Positions 28,830 to 38,938 of a stretch of 64,000 nucleotides of DNA are shown here, piece after piece; position 1 is the first letter of the stretch; each line of letters opens with the position of its first letter. Made by a program: the position numbers and the translations under genes. A model generated the notes under the pieces. It saw nothing but the letters and a program-made list of their open reading frames with translations. It ran no database searches and was not told where the DNA came from. Source of the stretch: Alphaproteobacteria bacterium (lineage in GTDB: Bacteria; Pseudomonadota; Alphaproteobacteria; MPNO01); contig OZ219866.1 of the NCBI GenBank assembly GCA_964291675.2, positions 896,001 through 960,000 on the forward strand, in the 5' to 3' direction.

Positions 28830-31151
28830 TCATCGCCGCGCGCGCTCGATGGCGCGCCACACCGTCTCCGGCGAGGCCGGCATGTCGATGGCCTCGACGC
28901 CGAGCGGGGCGAGCGCATCGAGGATGGCGCTGGTCACCGCCGGCAGGGCGCCTACCGTGCCGGCCTCGCCCGCCCCCTTGACGCCGAGCGGGTTGGTCGC
29001 GGTCGGCACCGGGTTGGCCTCCACCTTGAAGCCGCACATGTCGTCGGCCCGCGGCATCGCGTAGTCCATGAACGAGCCCGAGAGGTTCTGGCCCGAGAGG
29101 CGGTCGAACACGATGCGCTCCATCACCGCCTGGCCCAGCCCCTGGGCGACGCCGCCATGGATCTGGCCCTTCAGGAGCAGCGGGTTGAGCACCGTGCCCA
29201 CATCGTCGACGACGCAGTAGTCGACGATCCGGGTCTCGCCGGTGTCGGGGTCGATCTCGACCTCGCAGACATGGCAGCCATTGGGAAAGTTCTCCACCTT
29301 GGCCACATATCCGGCGCCGGCCTCCAGCCCCGGTTCCACGCCGGCCGGCAGCCTGGCGGGGAGGTAGGCCGCCCGGGCGACCTCGACCAGCGGCACGGAC
29401 CGGTCGGTGCCGGCGATGCGGAAGCTGCCGTCGACGAATTCGAGGTCGTCCGCCGCGGCTTCGAGGAGATGCGCCGCGACCGGCCGGGCGTGATCGACGA
29501 TCTTCTCCGCCGCGCGCAGCACCGCCGAGCCGCCGAGCGTCGCCGAGCGCGAGCCGCCGGTGCCGCCGCCGATCGACAGCGCATCCGAATCGCCCTCCGC
29601 CACGCGTAGCGTCGCCGGGTCGATGCCGAGCGTCTGGCAGACGATCTGCTTGTAGACCGTCTCATGCCCCTGGCCGTGGCTGATGGTGCCGACGAACAGC
29701 GTCGCCGTGCCCGAGGGATCGAAGCGCAGCAGCGCGCGTTCCTGGCTCGGCGCGCCGGCGCGCTCGATGGTGTTGGAGATGCCGATGCCGCGCAGCCTGC
29801 CTCGCGAGCGCGCCGCCCGGCGGCGTTGCTCGAACCCCGCGTGACCGGCAAGCTCGAGCGCCCGGTCGAGGTTCTTCTCGAACGCCCCGCAATCGTATTC
29901 GAAGACCAGCCCCGTCCGGAACGGCATCGCGTCCTCGGGGATGGTGTTCTGCCGCCTGAGCCCGACCGGATCGCGGCCGAGCCGGCGCGCCGCGGCATCG
30001 ATGAGCTGCTCGATCACATAGGCCGCTTCCGGGCGCCCGGCGCCGCGATAGGGGCAGGTCGGGTTGGTGTTGGTGAACACGCCCGCGGTCTCGACATGGA
30101 TGGCCGGGGTGACATAGGTGCCGGCGAGGGTGCCGAGATTGGCGGTCGCCGGCCCGCCGGCCATCGACGCCACATAGGCGCCGATATTGACCCTTGTGCG
30201 CACCCGCATGGCGAGGAAATTGCCCGCATCGTCGAGGGCGAGCGCGGCGTCGGTCACGTTGTCGCGGCCCTGGTGGTCGCTGATCAGCCCCTCCGAGCGC
30301 TCGCAGGTCCATTTCACCGGCCGGCCGGTCTCGCGCGAGGCCCAGAGCACCAGGATCTGTTCCGGGTACATGCCGCCCCTGAGCCCGAAGCTGCCGCCCA
30401 CGTCGTTGGCGATCACCCGGACCCGGTTCTCCGGCAGCCGGAAGATATCGCGCGCCAGCGCGCTCCGAGTGCGATGCGGGTAGTGGACGGCGGCGTATAG
30501 CGTGTGGCGCCCGGCGCGGTCGACGTCGCCCAGGAAGGCGCGCGGCTCCATCGTGTTCGAGGTCACGCGCGAGATCGCGAAGCGGCGCTCGACGACATGC
30601 GCGGCGCGCGCGAAGCCCGCCTCCACCGCGCCGCGGTCGCCGAGGAAATGGACGAAGCTCTCGTTCCGCGGCGCCTCCGGCCACAGCGCCGGCGTGGTTT
30701 CGGCATCGGCGACGGCGGTGTCGATGTTGGCGTCCAGCGGCTCGAAATCGAGATCGACGGCCTCGGCCGCGTCCCTGGCACGGGCGAGCGTGTCGGCGAC
30801 CACGACCGCGACCGCCTCGCCCACATGCACCGCCCGGTCGATCGCCAGCGGGGCGAAGGGCGGGCGGACCATCGGCGCGCCGTCGCGGGTCTTGAGGACG
30901 AGCTGGGCCTGGATCGTCCCCAGACCCGACGCCGCGTAATCCGCGCCGGTCAGCACGGCGTGGACCCCCGGCATCGCCCGCGCGGCATCGGCGTCGATCC
31001 CGCGGATCGCCGCATGGGCGTGAGGCGACCGCAGGATATGGGCGTGGCAGAGGCCCGGCAGGTCGATGTCGTCGACATACCGCCCGCCGCCCGACAGCAG
31101 CCGCGGATCCTCGGTCCGCGGCACCGCATTGCCGATGTCGAACTCGCCCAT
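28830..31151 (-). CDS. Xanthine dehydrogenase/CoxL-family molybdopterin-binding subunit
   Basis: RSPHAHA, VGGSFG, YRGAGRPEA and KGAGEAG. Confidence 0.93.
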   Translation of the reverse strand: MGEFDIGNAVPRTEDPRLLSGGGRYVDDIDLPGLCHAHILRSPHAHAAIRGIDADAARAMPGVHAVLTGADYAASGLGTIQAQLVLKTRDGAPMVRPPFAPLAIDRAVHVGEAVAVVVADTLARARDAAEAVDLDFEPLDANIDTAVADAETTPALWPEAPRNESFVHFLGDRGAVEAGFARAAHVVERRFAISRVTSNTMEPRAFLGDVDRAGRHTLYAAVHYPHRTRSALARDIFRLPENRVRVIANDVGGSFGLRGGMYPEQILVLWASRETGRPVKWTCERSEGLISDHQGRDNVTDAALALDDAGNFLAMRVRTRVNIGAYVASMAGGPATANLGTLAGTYVTPAIHVETAGVFTNTNPTCPYRGAGRPEAAYVIEQLIDAAARRLGRDPVGLRRQNTIPEDAMPFRTGLVFEYDCGAFEKNLDRALELAGHAGFEQRRRAARSRGRLRGIGISNTIERAGAPSQERALLRFDPSGTATLFVGTISHGQGHETVYKQIVCQTLGIDPATLRVAEGDSDALSIGGGTGGSRSATLGGSAVLRAAEKIVDHARPVAAHLLEAAADDLEFVDGSFRIAGTDRSVPLVEVARAAYLPARLPAGVEPGLEAGAGYVAKVENFPNGCHVCEVEIDPDTGETRIVDYCVVDDVGTVLNPLLLKGQIHGGVAQGLGQAVMERIVFDRLSGQNLSGSFMDYAMPRADDMCGFKVEANPVPTATNPLGVKGAGEAGTVGALPAVTSAILDALAPLGVEAIDMPASPETVWRAIERARR

Positions 31152-31223
31152 GCCTGGCCTGCTCCTGATTGCCGGGAAACCGCGCTACACTGCGGCGCCA
31201 AACTAGCAGCGGGGAGAGCGCGG

Positions 31224-31970
31224 GTGAAATTCGAGGGGCAGGTCGCGATCGTGACGGGGGCGGGGCGCAATATCGGCGAGCGCATCGCCGAGGTGCTGGC
31301 CGGGGACGGGGCGAAAATCGCCGTCGTCGACCTCGATCCGGGGCGCGCCGGACAGGTGACGCACAAGCTCGCCGAAGCCGGGCACGAGGCCGAGACCTTC
31401 GTCGCCGACGTGTCCGACAACGACGCCGTTCAGGAGCTGGTCCGGGCGGTGGTCGCGCGCTTCGGCCGCATCGACATCCTGGTCAACAACGTCGCGATCT
31501 CCGACAACCGCCACGTCCTCGAAATCACCGAGGAGGAATGGGACGACACCATCCGGGTCACCCTGAAGGCGCCGTTCCTGATGGCCAAGCACGTCGCCCA
31601 CCACATGGTCGACCACGGGATCGCCGGCAAGATCGTCAATATCGGCTCGACCTCCGGCTATCGCGGCCGGGGCAGCGCGTGCGCCTATTCGGCGGCCAAG
31701 GGCGGCGTCGCCAACCTCACCCGGTCGCTCGCCTTCCAGCTCGCGCCGCACGGGATCCGGGTCAACTCGGTCTCGCCCAACCGCACCGGCTCGCCGGTCG
31801 GCATCCAGGAGGTCGACCCCAACCGCTACTTCAAGAACCTGGTCAACCGGGCGGGCGTGCCGGACGACACGGCGCAGGTCGTGGCCTTCCTGTGCAGCGA
31901 CGCCGCGAGCTTCGTCTGCGGCGAGAACATCTTCGCCGATGGCGGGGTGATGGCGATGGAGGCGAGCTGA
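31224..31970 (+). CDS. Short-chain dehydrogenase/reductase
   Basis: TGAGRNIG and YSAAK; GTG start after GGGGAG. Confidence 0.92.
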   Translation: MKFEGQVAIVTGAGRNIGERIAEVLAGDGAKIAVVDLDPGRAGQVTHKLAEAGHEAETFVADVSDNDAVQELVRAVVARFGRIDILVNNVAISDNRHVLEITEEEWDDTIRVTLKAPFLMAKHVAHHMVDHGIAGKIVNIGSTSGYRGRGSACAYSAAKGGVANLTRSLAFQLAPHGIRVNSVSPNRTGSPVGIQEVDPNRYFKNLVNRAGVPDDTAQVVAFLCSDAASFVCGENIFADGGVMAMEAS

Positions 31971-31989
31971 CCGCCCCTCTTCCCAGCTC

Positions 31990-32032
31990 GTCATGCCCGG
32001 CCCCCGGGCTTGTCCCGGGGGCCAGCCATGAC
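31990..32032. repeat. REP-like palindrome
   Basis: GTCATGCCCGGCCCCCGGGCTTGTCCCGGGGGCCAGCCATGAC between convergent genes. Confidence 0.8.
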
Positions 32033-32042
32033 GCGGGGGGTC

Positions 32043-32897
32043 CTAATCCTTCGGCACCGCACCCTCGCCGGTCCAGTCGGGCGGGTTCGACGCCTTGATG
32101 CGGCGCGCCTCTTTGACGGTCTCGCGGATCTGGCCGGCGAGCGGCATGGATTCGCCCAGCGCGTCGGCCATCTGCGAGACGATCTGCATGTCCTTGAGCG
32201 CCCAGGTGAAGGTCATCCGGTCCCAGTCCTCCAGCGTCGCCGACCGGGCCGAGCTGATCAGCAGCGCCTCGCGCAGCTTGACGAGATCGGCGCCGAAGGC
32301 CTCGGCGAGCCGGCCGGCCTCGATCAGCCCGACCCCGGCGATCCACATCAGGAAGTTGTTCATCGCCTTGCCGAACTGGCCGTGCCCGACCGGGCCGAGA
32401 TGGGCGATGTCGGAGCAGAAGGTCTCGAACACCGGACGCGAGCGCTCGACCACGGCGTCGGTCCCGCCGACCAGGGCGAGCAGCGTCCCCTCGTCCGCCG
32501 CCCAGCGGCCGCGGCAGATCGGCGCATCCAGCACGTCGATCCCGCGCCCGGCCGCGCGCTCGGCCACCATGCGGACGGTCTCCGGCGACGACGTCGAGCA
32601 GACCGCGATGCAGGATCCGGGCGCCATCGCGCCGACCAGCCCGTCGCCGCCCACCGTGACCGCGACCGTCTCGGCGTCGAACCCGACGGCGACGATCGCG
32701 TAATCCACGTTCCCGCCGAGCTCGGCCGCCGAGGCGAAAGGCTGTGCGCCCCACTCCCCGGCCCTTGCAAGCCGTCCGGCGTCGATATCCGTTGCCGCGA
32801 CCGGGAACCCGGCCTTGACCAGATGCCTGACCATGGCGAGACCCATCCGTCCCGGCCCGACGATGCCGACGCGATCCATCGCGTGCTCTCCCCTCAT
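32043..32897 (-). CDS. Beta-hydroxyacid (3-hydroxyisobutyrate-like) dehydrogenase
   Basis: GPGRMG, DAPI and KAMNN. Confidence 0.88.
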   Translation of the reverse strand: MRGEHAMDRVGIVGPGRMGLAMVRHLVKAGFPVAATDIDAGRLARAGEWGAQPFASAAELGGNVDYAIVAVGFDAETVAVTVGGDGLVGAMAPGSCIAVCSTSSPETVRMVAERAAGRGIDVLDAPICRGRWAADEGTLLALVGGTDAVVERSRPVFETFCSDIAHLGPVGHGQFGKAMNNFLMWIAGVGLIEAGRLAEAFGADLVKLREALLISSARSATLEDWDRMTFTWALKDMQIVSQMADALGESMPLAGQIRETVKEARRIKASNPPDWTGEGAVPKD

Positions 32898-34543
32898 CGA
32901 TAATCCCGCTCGGCGGCGGCTTCGCTGACATAGCCCTCGGCGATGTCGCGGGCGACCGCTTGCGGTGAGCGCGCCGCAGGATCGCCATAGCCGCCCCCGG
33001 CCGCGGTCTCCAGCAGGAAACGCTCGCCGGCGGCGAGCTCGAAGCGCCCGGCGGGCGGGGTCTCCTCCTCGGCCGCCGTGCCGTAGCGGATGACGAAGCG
33101 GCTGCCCTGCCCGTCCCTGCCGCCGGCGAGCCCGACCGGCGGGAAGCGGGCGCGGTCGTAGCGCCTGATGACCACGGCGTCCTGCAACAGCTCGTATTCG
33201 CGCCTGAGTCCCAGCCCGCCGCGCCAGGTGCCGGCGCCGCCCGAATCCGTCATCAGCTCGAAGCGCGGGATTCGGCAGGGAAACTCGGACTCGATGATCT
33301 CGATCGGCGTGATGTGCAGGTTGGAGAGATGGGTCGCGCAGGCCGACGCGCCGTCATGCCCGGCGCCGCCGCCATAGGCCGAGCCGATGATCTCGTATTG
33401 CAGGCTGGCCTGGCCCTCGCGCCCGCCTTGCAGCCACTGGATCATCACCGCGCCGCTGGAGGCGGCGTTGGCCACCGCCCGGTCGGGGCGGAACGCCGAC
33501 AGCGCCTCCAGGATCACGTCGACCAGCTTGAGGTTCGCCATCTGGTAGCTGGAGACCGGCGCCGGCGCGGAGGCGTTGGTGATCGTCTCCGGCGCGTAGA
33601 CGAAGCGCACCGCCTCGCGCATGCCGTCATTGTACTGGAGGTCGGGGCCGAGGCAGCCGATCAGGGCGTAGAAGCAGCACGCCTCGACCATCGACGGGCG
33701 CAAGTTGATCGGCCCCCTGGCCTGGCGGTCGGCGGCGCTGAAGTCGAAGGTCGCGCACGCCCCCTCGACCGTCACCGTGCAGGCGAAACGCACCGGGCGG
33801 TCGCGTTCGACCCCGTCGGAATCCATGAACCCCTCGGCCGAGGCGGTGCCGTCGGGGAGCGCGGCGATGGCGGATTTCAGCGCCGCGCCGGCGCCGGCGA
33901 GGATCGCGGCGAAGGCCGCGCGCACGGTCTCGCCGCCGAAGCGGGCGCAGATCCCCTCGATGCGCTCCACCCCCAGCCCGGTGGCGGCGATCTGCGCCCG
34001 CATGTCGCCCTGGACCAGCTCGGGCTGGCGGCTGTTGGCGAGGATCAGCCGCTCCAGATCGTCGTTGTAGCGCCCCGCCTCGGCGATGCGGATCGGCGGC
34101 AGCAACAGCCCCTCGTGGTAGATCTCGGTGGCGTTGGCCGAGGTGCTGCCGGGGTTGGTGCCGCCGATATCGGCCTTGTGGGCGATCGAGCCGGCGAAGC
34201 CGACGAGCGCGCCGTCGGCGAAGATCGGCGCGACGAACGCCATGTCGGAGACATGCGGCAGCCCGCCCTCATAGGGGTGGTTGCAGACGAAGACGTCGCC
34301 CGCGGCGAGCCCGGCGCCGTAGAGTTCAAGGATGCGCCCCACCAGGTGCTTGTAGACCGGGGCGTGGAAGAACATCGGTGGGGCAACGATCAGCCCGCCG
34401 GCCGCATCGAGGATGACGCAGCTGAAATCCCGCGACTCGCGGATGATCGTCGAGTAGCCCGAGCGGTAGAAATGGTAGTGCATCTCCTCGACCAGCCCCG
34501 CCACCTTGTTGCGCAGGATCTGGACGGTCACCGGGTCAGCCAT
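32894..34543 (-). CDS. Hydantoinase B/oxoprolinase family subunit
   Basis: YSTIIRESRDFS, HKADIGG and GGGYGDP. Confidence 0.92.
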   Translation of the reverse strand: MADPVTVQILRNKVAGLVEEMHYHFYRSGYSTIIRESRDFSCVILDAAGGLIVAPPMFFHAPVYKHLVGRILELYGAGLAAGDVFVCNHPYEGGLPHVSDMAFVAPIFADGALVGFAGSIAHKADIGGTNPGSTSANATEIYHEGLLLPPIRIAEAGRYNDDLERLILANSRQPELVQGDMRAQIAATGLGVERIEGICARFGGETVRAAFAAILAGAGAALKSAIAALPDGTASAEGFMDSDGVERDRPVRFACTVTVEGACATFDFSAADRQARGPINLRPSMVEACCFYALIGCLGPDLQYNDGMREAVRFVYAPETITNASAPAPVSSYQMANLKLVDVILEALSAFRPDRAVANAASSGAVMIQWLQGGREGQASLQYEIIGSAYGGGAGHDGASACATHLSNLHITPIEIIESEFPCRIPRFELMTDSGGAGTWRGGLGLRREYELLQDAVVIRRYDRARFPPVGLAGGRDGQGSRFVIRYGTAAEEETPPAGRFELAAGERFLLETAAGGGYGDPAARSPQAVARDIAEGYVSEAAAERDYR

Positions 34544-36626
34544 GGCCGCGCTCCAGCACCAAATTGCGAAAACCGTCGACCGCGGCGCTCCACCCCGCCG
34601 GCACCACGGTCGTCGCATCGAACTGCTCGACGATGGCGGGGCCGGCGAACCACACCCCCGGCGCCAGAAGGGCGCGGTCGACGAGCAGGGTCCGGGTCGC
34701 CCCTCCGGCATCGAAATGGACGCAGCGCTTACCCGCGATCGCGGCCTCCGGCAGGGCGGCCTCCGCGGCCGGCTCCGCCACGGGGCGGTATTTCGGGACC
34801 TCGACCGTCACGCGCAGCCGGTAGCTCACGATCTCCACGTCCTTCTCCGTCGCGGCGTGGCCGTGGATGCGGGCGTGGCGGGAATCGAAGCGGCGGCGCG
34901 CCTCCGCCATGGCCGCATCGTCGAGCCCGCCGCCGCCGAGACCGTCGAGGGGGGTGCGCAGCTCGTAGCCCTGCCCGACATAGCGCAGGTCGAGCTCGCG
35001 CGAATGCCGGGCGGCGGCGGGGTCGAATCCCTCGGCGGCGAGCTCGCCGGCGGCGCGGGCCTCCAGCCCGGCGAACACGCTCTCCGCATGCGCCGGGCTC
35101 ACCCGGTTGAGCGGGCGCAGCTCCGAGCGCACATAGTCGTGCACCACGTCCGAGCAGAGCAGGCCGAGCGCCGAGAACGCGCCCGGGCGGGCCGGGACCA
35201 GGATGCGGCGCATGCCGAGCTCGTCTGCGACCGCCGCCGCATGCACCGCCCCCGCCCCGCCGAACGGCAGCAGGGTGAAGTCGTGCGCATCCACGCCGCG
35301 CTTGGCGGCGACGACGCGGACCTCGTCGGCCATCCGCATGTCGACGATGCGCCTGATCCCCCGCGCCGCCTCGTGGACCTCCATGCCGAGCGGGCGCGCG
35401 ATCCGCTGTTCCAGCGCATCCAGCGCGGCGCCGAAATCGAGCGTCTGGGCGCCGCCCAGCAGATGGGCGGGGTTGAGATAGCCGCAGACGATATCCGCGT
35501 CGGTGACCGTCGCCTCGCCGCCGCCCTTGCCGTAGCAGGCGGGGCCCGGATCGGAGCCCGCGCTGCGCGGGCCGACGGCGAGCAGCCCGCCGCCGTCGAT
35601 CCAGGCGATCGACCCGCCGCCGGCCGAGATGGTGGTCAGGTCGAGCGTCGGCACGGCGATCGGGCGGCGGCCGATCTCGCTCTCGGTGACTTCGAGCGGC
35701 GCGCCGCCCTCGATGAAGGCGATGTCGCAGCTCGTCCCGCCCATGTCGAGCGAGACCAGCCCGGTGCGGGCCTCGTCCGGGGCGAGCCAGGCGCAGGCCC
35801 TGGCGCCGGCGGCGGGTCCGGACAGCATGGTATGCACCGTCTTGCCGCCGGCGAGCGCGGCCGAGAACGGCATGACCCCGCCGTTGGACTGCATCAGGAA
35901 GCGCTGCGGCGTCTCGACCCCGGTCTCGTCCAGCCCGCGAGCGAGGTCGCGCACATAGCGCACCAGCACCGGTTCGAGATAGGCGTTGAGCAACGTCGTC
36001 GACATGCGCGGCCACTCGCGCAGCCGCGGCAGGACGACGCTGGAGAGCGATATCGCGGCCTCGGGGAACTCCTCGGCGAGAATCCGCCGCGTCTCGGCCT
36101 CGTGCGCCGGGTTCATGAAGGAGAACAGGTAGCAGACGGCGATCGATTCGACGCCCGCCTCGCGCAGGCTCCGCGCCGCCCGCCTGACCGCATCCGCATC
36201 GAGCGGGGCGAGCTCGCTGCCGTCGTGGTCGATCCGCCCGCCGACCTCCCGGGTCAGGCTCTGCGGCGCGATCGGGTCGGGGCGCCTGAAGAAATAATCG
36301 AACGGGTTGCCGTCGCGGGCCTGCGACTGGACCTCCTGGACGGCGCGGTAGCCGGCGGTGATCAGCATGCCGACGCGGGCGCCCCGCATCTCCAGCAGCG
36401 CGTTGGTGGTGATCGTCGTGCCGTGGCCGAAGAACCCGATCGCCCCGGGCGCGATGCCCCGGGCGAGGAATCGCCCGAGCCCGTCGAGCACCGCCGCCGC
36501 CGGGCTGGCCGGGGTGCTCGGCACCTTCTCGATCAGGATGTCGCCGCTCGCGCTATCCAGCAGGACCAGGTCGGTATGGGTTCCGCCGACATCGACGCCG
36601 AGGCGCCAGGGCGCGGGCTCGCTCAC
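34536..36626 (-). CDS. Hydantoinase A/oxoprolinase family subunit
   Basis: DVGGTHTD, SGPAAG, DMGGTS and PGPACYG. Confidence 0.93.
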   Translation of the reverse strand: MSEPAPWRLGVDVGGTHTDLVLLDSASGDILIEKVPSTPASPAAAVLDGLGRFLARGIAPGAIGFFGHGTTITTNALLEMRGARVGMLITAGYRAVQEVQSQARDGNPFDYFFRRPDPIAPQSLTREVGGRIDHDGSELAPLDADAVRRAARSLREAGVESIAVCYLFSFMNPAHEAETRRILAEEFPEAAISLSSVVLPRLREWPRMSTTLLNAYLEPVLVRYVRDLARGLDETGVETPQRFLMQSNGGVMPFSAALAGGKTVHTMLSGPAAGARACAWLAPDEARTGLVSLDMGGTSCDIAFIEGGAPLEVTESEIGRRPIAVPTLDLTTISAGGGSIAWIDGGGLLAVGPRSAGSDPGPACYGKGGGEATVTDADIVCGYLNPAHLLGGAQTLDFGAALDALEQRIARPLGMEVHEAARGIRRIVDMRMADEVRVVAAKRGVDAHDFTLLPFGGAGAVHAAAVADELGMRRILVPARPGAFSALGLLCSDVVHDYVRSELRPLNRVSPAHAESVFAGLEARAAGELAAEGFDPAAARHSRELDLRYVGQGYELRTPLDGLGGGGLDDAAMAEARRRFDSRHARIHGHAATEKDVEIVSYRLRVTVEVPKYRPVAEPAAEAALPEAAIAGKRCVHFDAGGATRTLLVDRALLAPGVWFAGPAIVEQFDATTVVPAGWSAAVDGFRNLVLERGHG

Positions 36627-36629
36627 CGC

Positions 36630-37055
36630 CTAGTGGTCATGGTGGTGGTGATCCGTCTTCACCAGCGCCGAGCGCGGCAGCGCGCGCTCGATCTCCCGGT
36701 GCAGCGCGGCGAGCTGCGGCCGGGTCACGGTGAAGCCGAGGTCGAAGCCGAACATGCGGGCGACCAGGATCACCTCGCCGTCCTCCAGCCCCCGCGCCAG
36801 GCCGACATCCGAGGTCTGGATCGGCTCGGCGAGCACCCGGTCGGTATTGCCGAAGAAGCTGGGCGTGACATCGCCCCGGCGCGCCGCCGCCCGGCCGCCG
36901 AGCCCGGCGAGATAGGCGACGATCCGCTCCAGGTCGTCCGCGCGGCAGGCGATCTCGACTCCCGTTCCGTGCTCGTCGCGGATGGTGAAGGCAACGCCGC
37001 CGCCGTCCGCCGAGACCGACGGGTTCTCCAGCCGGTCGAGCGCCAGTCTGCTCAC
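36630..37055 (-). CDS. Hypothetical protein with His-rich C-terminus
   Basis: Co-oriented frame filling the gap between pip and hydantoinase A; ends DHHHHDH; GTG start inferred. Confidence 0.6.
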   Translation of the reverse strand: MSRLALDRLENPSVSADGGGVAFTIRDEHGTGVEIACRADDLERIVAYLAGLGGRAAARRGDVTPSFFGNTDRVLAEPIQTSDVGLARGLEDGEVILVARMFGFDLGFTVTRPQLAALHREIERALPRSALVKTDHHHHDH

Positions 37056-37114
37056 CTCTCGCACCCCCTGACCTTCTCTCTGCGGCCGGAGTGTGCCGGC
37101 ATGCCGGCCCCGGT

Positions 37115-38071
37115 TCAACGCCCGGCGCGCGACCTGAAGCGTTCCGTCGCGCCGACCAGGGCGGCGCAGATGCCGGGGTCCATGGCCGAGTGGCCGGAAT
37201 CCGGAACCACCACGTATTCCGCCTCCGGCCAGGCCCGGTGCAGCGCATCGGCGGTGACGATCGGGCAGATCATGTCGTAGCGCCCCTGCACGATCACGCC
37301 GGGCAGATGGCGGATGCGCTCGACGCCGGCGAGCAGCGCGCCGGGTTCGACGAAGACCCGGTTGACGAAGTAATGCGCCTCGATGCGCGCCAGCCCGACC
37401 GCCATCGAGTCCTCGCCGAAGGCGGCGATGGTCTCCGGGCTCGGCAGGAAGGTCGAGCACGCGCCCTCGTAGCGGCTCCACGCCCGCGCCGCCGGCAGCA
37501 GCACCGCCGGGTCGCGGCTCGACAGGCGGCGGTGATAGGCGGCGAGGATGTCGCCGCGCTCGTCCTCGTCGAGCACCTCGGTCAGCGCGTCCCAGGCCTC
37601 GGGAAACACGTGGCGGATGCCGTAGAGGAACCAGTCTATCTCCGCCTCGCTGCCGAGAAAGACCCCCCTGAGCACCAGCCCGAGCGCCCGTTCGGGATGG
37701 GTCTCGGCATAGGCCAGCGCCAGCGTGCTGCCCCAGGAGCCGCCGAACAGCAGCCAGCGGTCGATGTTGAGCATCGCGCGGATGCGTTCCATATCCTCGA
37801 CGAGATGCGCAGTCGTGTTGTCGCGGAGCTCTCCGACCGGCGTCGACCGTCCCGCGCCGCGCTGGTCGAAGACCACGATCCGGTAATGCGCCGGGTCGAA
37901 GAACCGCCGATGCGCCGGGATCGCCCCCGCCCCCGGCCCGCCATGCAGGAAGACCGCCGGAACCCCGTCGGGATTGCCCGAGACCTCCCAGTACAGCTCG
38001 TGCACGTCGTCGACGGCGAGCCGTCCGCTGTCATGCGGCTCGATCGGGGGGTAGAGCTGCTTGCGCGCCAT
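37115..38071 (-). CDS. pip: Proline iminopeptidase
   Basis: LHGGPG, DQRG, GGSWGS and GRYD. Confidence 0.95.
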   Translation of the reverse strand: MARKQLYPPIEPHDSGRLAVDDVHELYWEVSGNPDGVPAVFLHGGPGAGAIPAHRRFFDPAHYRIVVFDQRGAGRSTPVGELRDNTTAHLVEDMERIRAMLNIDRWLLFGGSWGSTLALAYAETHPERALGLVLRGVFLGSEAEIDWFLYGIRHVFPEAWDALTEVLDEDERGDILAAYHRRLSSRDPAVLLPAARAWSRYEGACSTFLPSPETIAAFGEDSMAVGLARIEAHYFVNRVFVEPGALLAGVERIRHLPGVIVQGRYDMICPIVTADALHRAWPEAEYVVVPDSGHSAMDPGICAALVGATERFRSRAGR

Positions 38072-38170
38072 TTGCGGGTTCCGCGCCTCGGCCGGTTGCG
38101 CGAAGGGTTTGGCCGGGGGCGGCGCCCCGCGGCGGGCGCGGCATATTATCTTCGCCGCGCCGCCCGGCCA

Positions 38171-38938
38171 ATGCCGGCGCTCGCGGTTCTGGCCCTGTGC
38201 TGGCACGCCGCGGCCGCCGCCGAAACGCCGCGCCGGGGGGTCGTGGCCACGGCGATCGACGGCGACACGGTAGCGCTGGAGAGCGGCGTCGAAATCCGGC
38301 TCGTCGGCATCCAGGCGCCCCGGCTGGCGCTCGGCCGCGCCGGGATGCGCGACTGGCCGCTCGCCGCCGAGGCCAGGGCCGCGCTCGAGGCGCTGGTCGT
38401 CGGTGCCCGGGTGCGGCTGGTCTATGGCGGGCGCCGGATCGACCGGCACCGGCGCCTGCTGGCCCATCTCGAGCGCGAGGCGGCGCCCGGCCGGCCGGCG
38501 CTCTGGGTGCAGGGCGAGATGCTTCGCCGCGGCCTCGCGCGGGTCTACACCTTCCCCGACAACCGCGCCCGGGCGGCGCCGATGCTGGCCCTCGAACGGG
38601 AGGCCCGCGCCGCCCGGCGGGGGATCTGGCGGCTGCGCAACTACCGCGTGCTCGCCCCGCAGGAGGCGCGGCGCCGCATCGGCCGGTTCGAGCTGGTCGA
38701 GGGGCGGGTGCTGCGCGCCGCCGCCGTGCGCGGCCGCTTCTACCTCAACTTCGGACCCGACTGGCGAACGGACTTCACCGTCGCGATCGCCCGCAAGCAC
38801 CGGCGCCGGTTCCGCCGTGCCGGAATCGATATCGCTTCACTCGCCGGGCGCATGATACGTGTGCGCGGCTGGCTGTCGTGGCAGAATGGGCCGATGATCG
38901 AGGCCACCCATCCCGAACAGTTGGAGACGGTCGAGTGA
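38171..38938 (+). CDS. Secreted thermonuclease (SNase-like) with C-terminal OB-like domain
   Basis: IDGDT, IRLVGIQAP and ARRGIW; signal peptide. Confidence 0.85.
   Translation: MPALAVLALCWHAAAAAETPRRGVVATAIDGDTVALESGVEIRLVGIQAPRLALGRAGMRDWPLAAEARAALEALVVGARVRLVYGGRRIDRHRRLLAHLEREAAPGRPALWVQGEMLRRGLARVYTFPDNRARAAPMLALEREARAARRGIWRLRNYRVLAPQEARRRIGRFELVEGRVLRAAAVRGRFYLNFGPDWRTDFTVAIARKHRRRFRRAGIDIASLAGRMIRVRGWLSWQNGPMIEATHPEQLETVE

Noticed and set aside
28830-31151. Aerobic CO dehydrogenase (form I CoxL)
   Set aside because: The active-site loop is YRGAGR, not AYxCSFR, and there are no coxM/coxS or accessory genes
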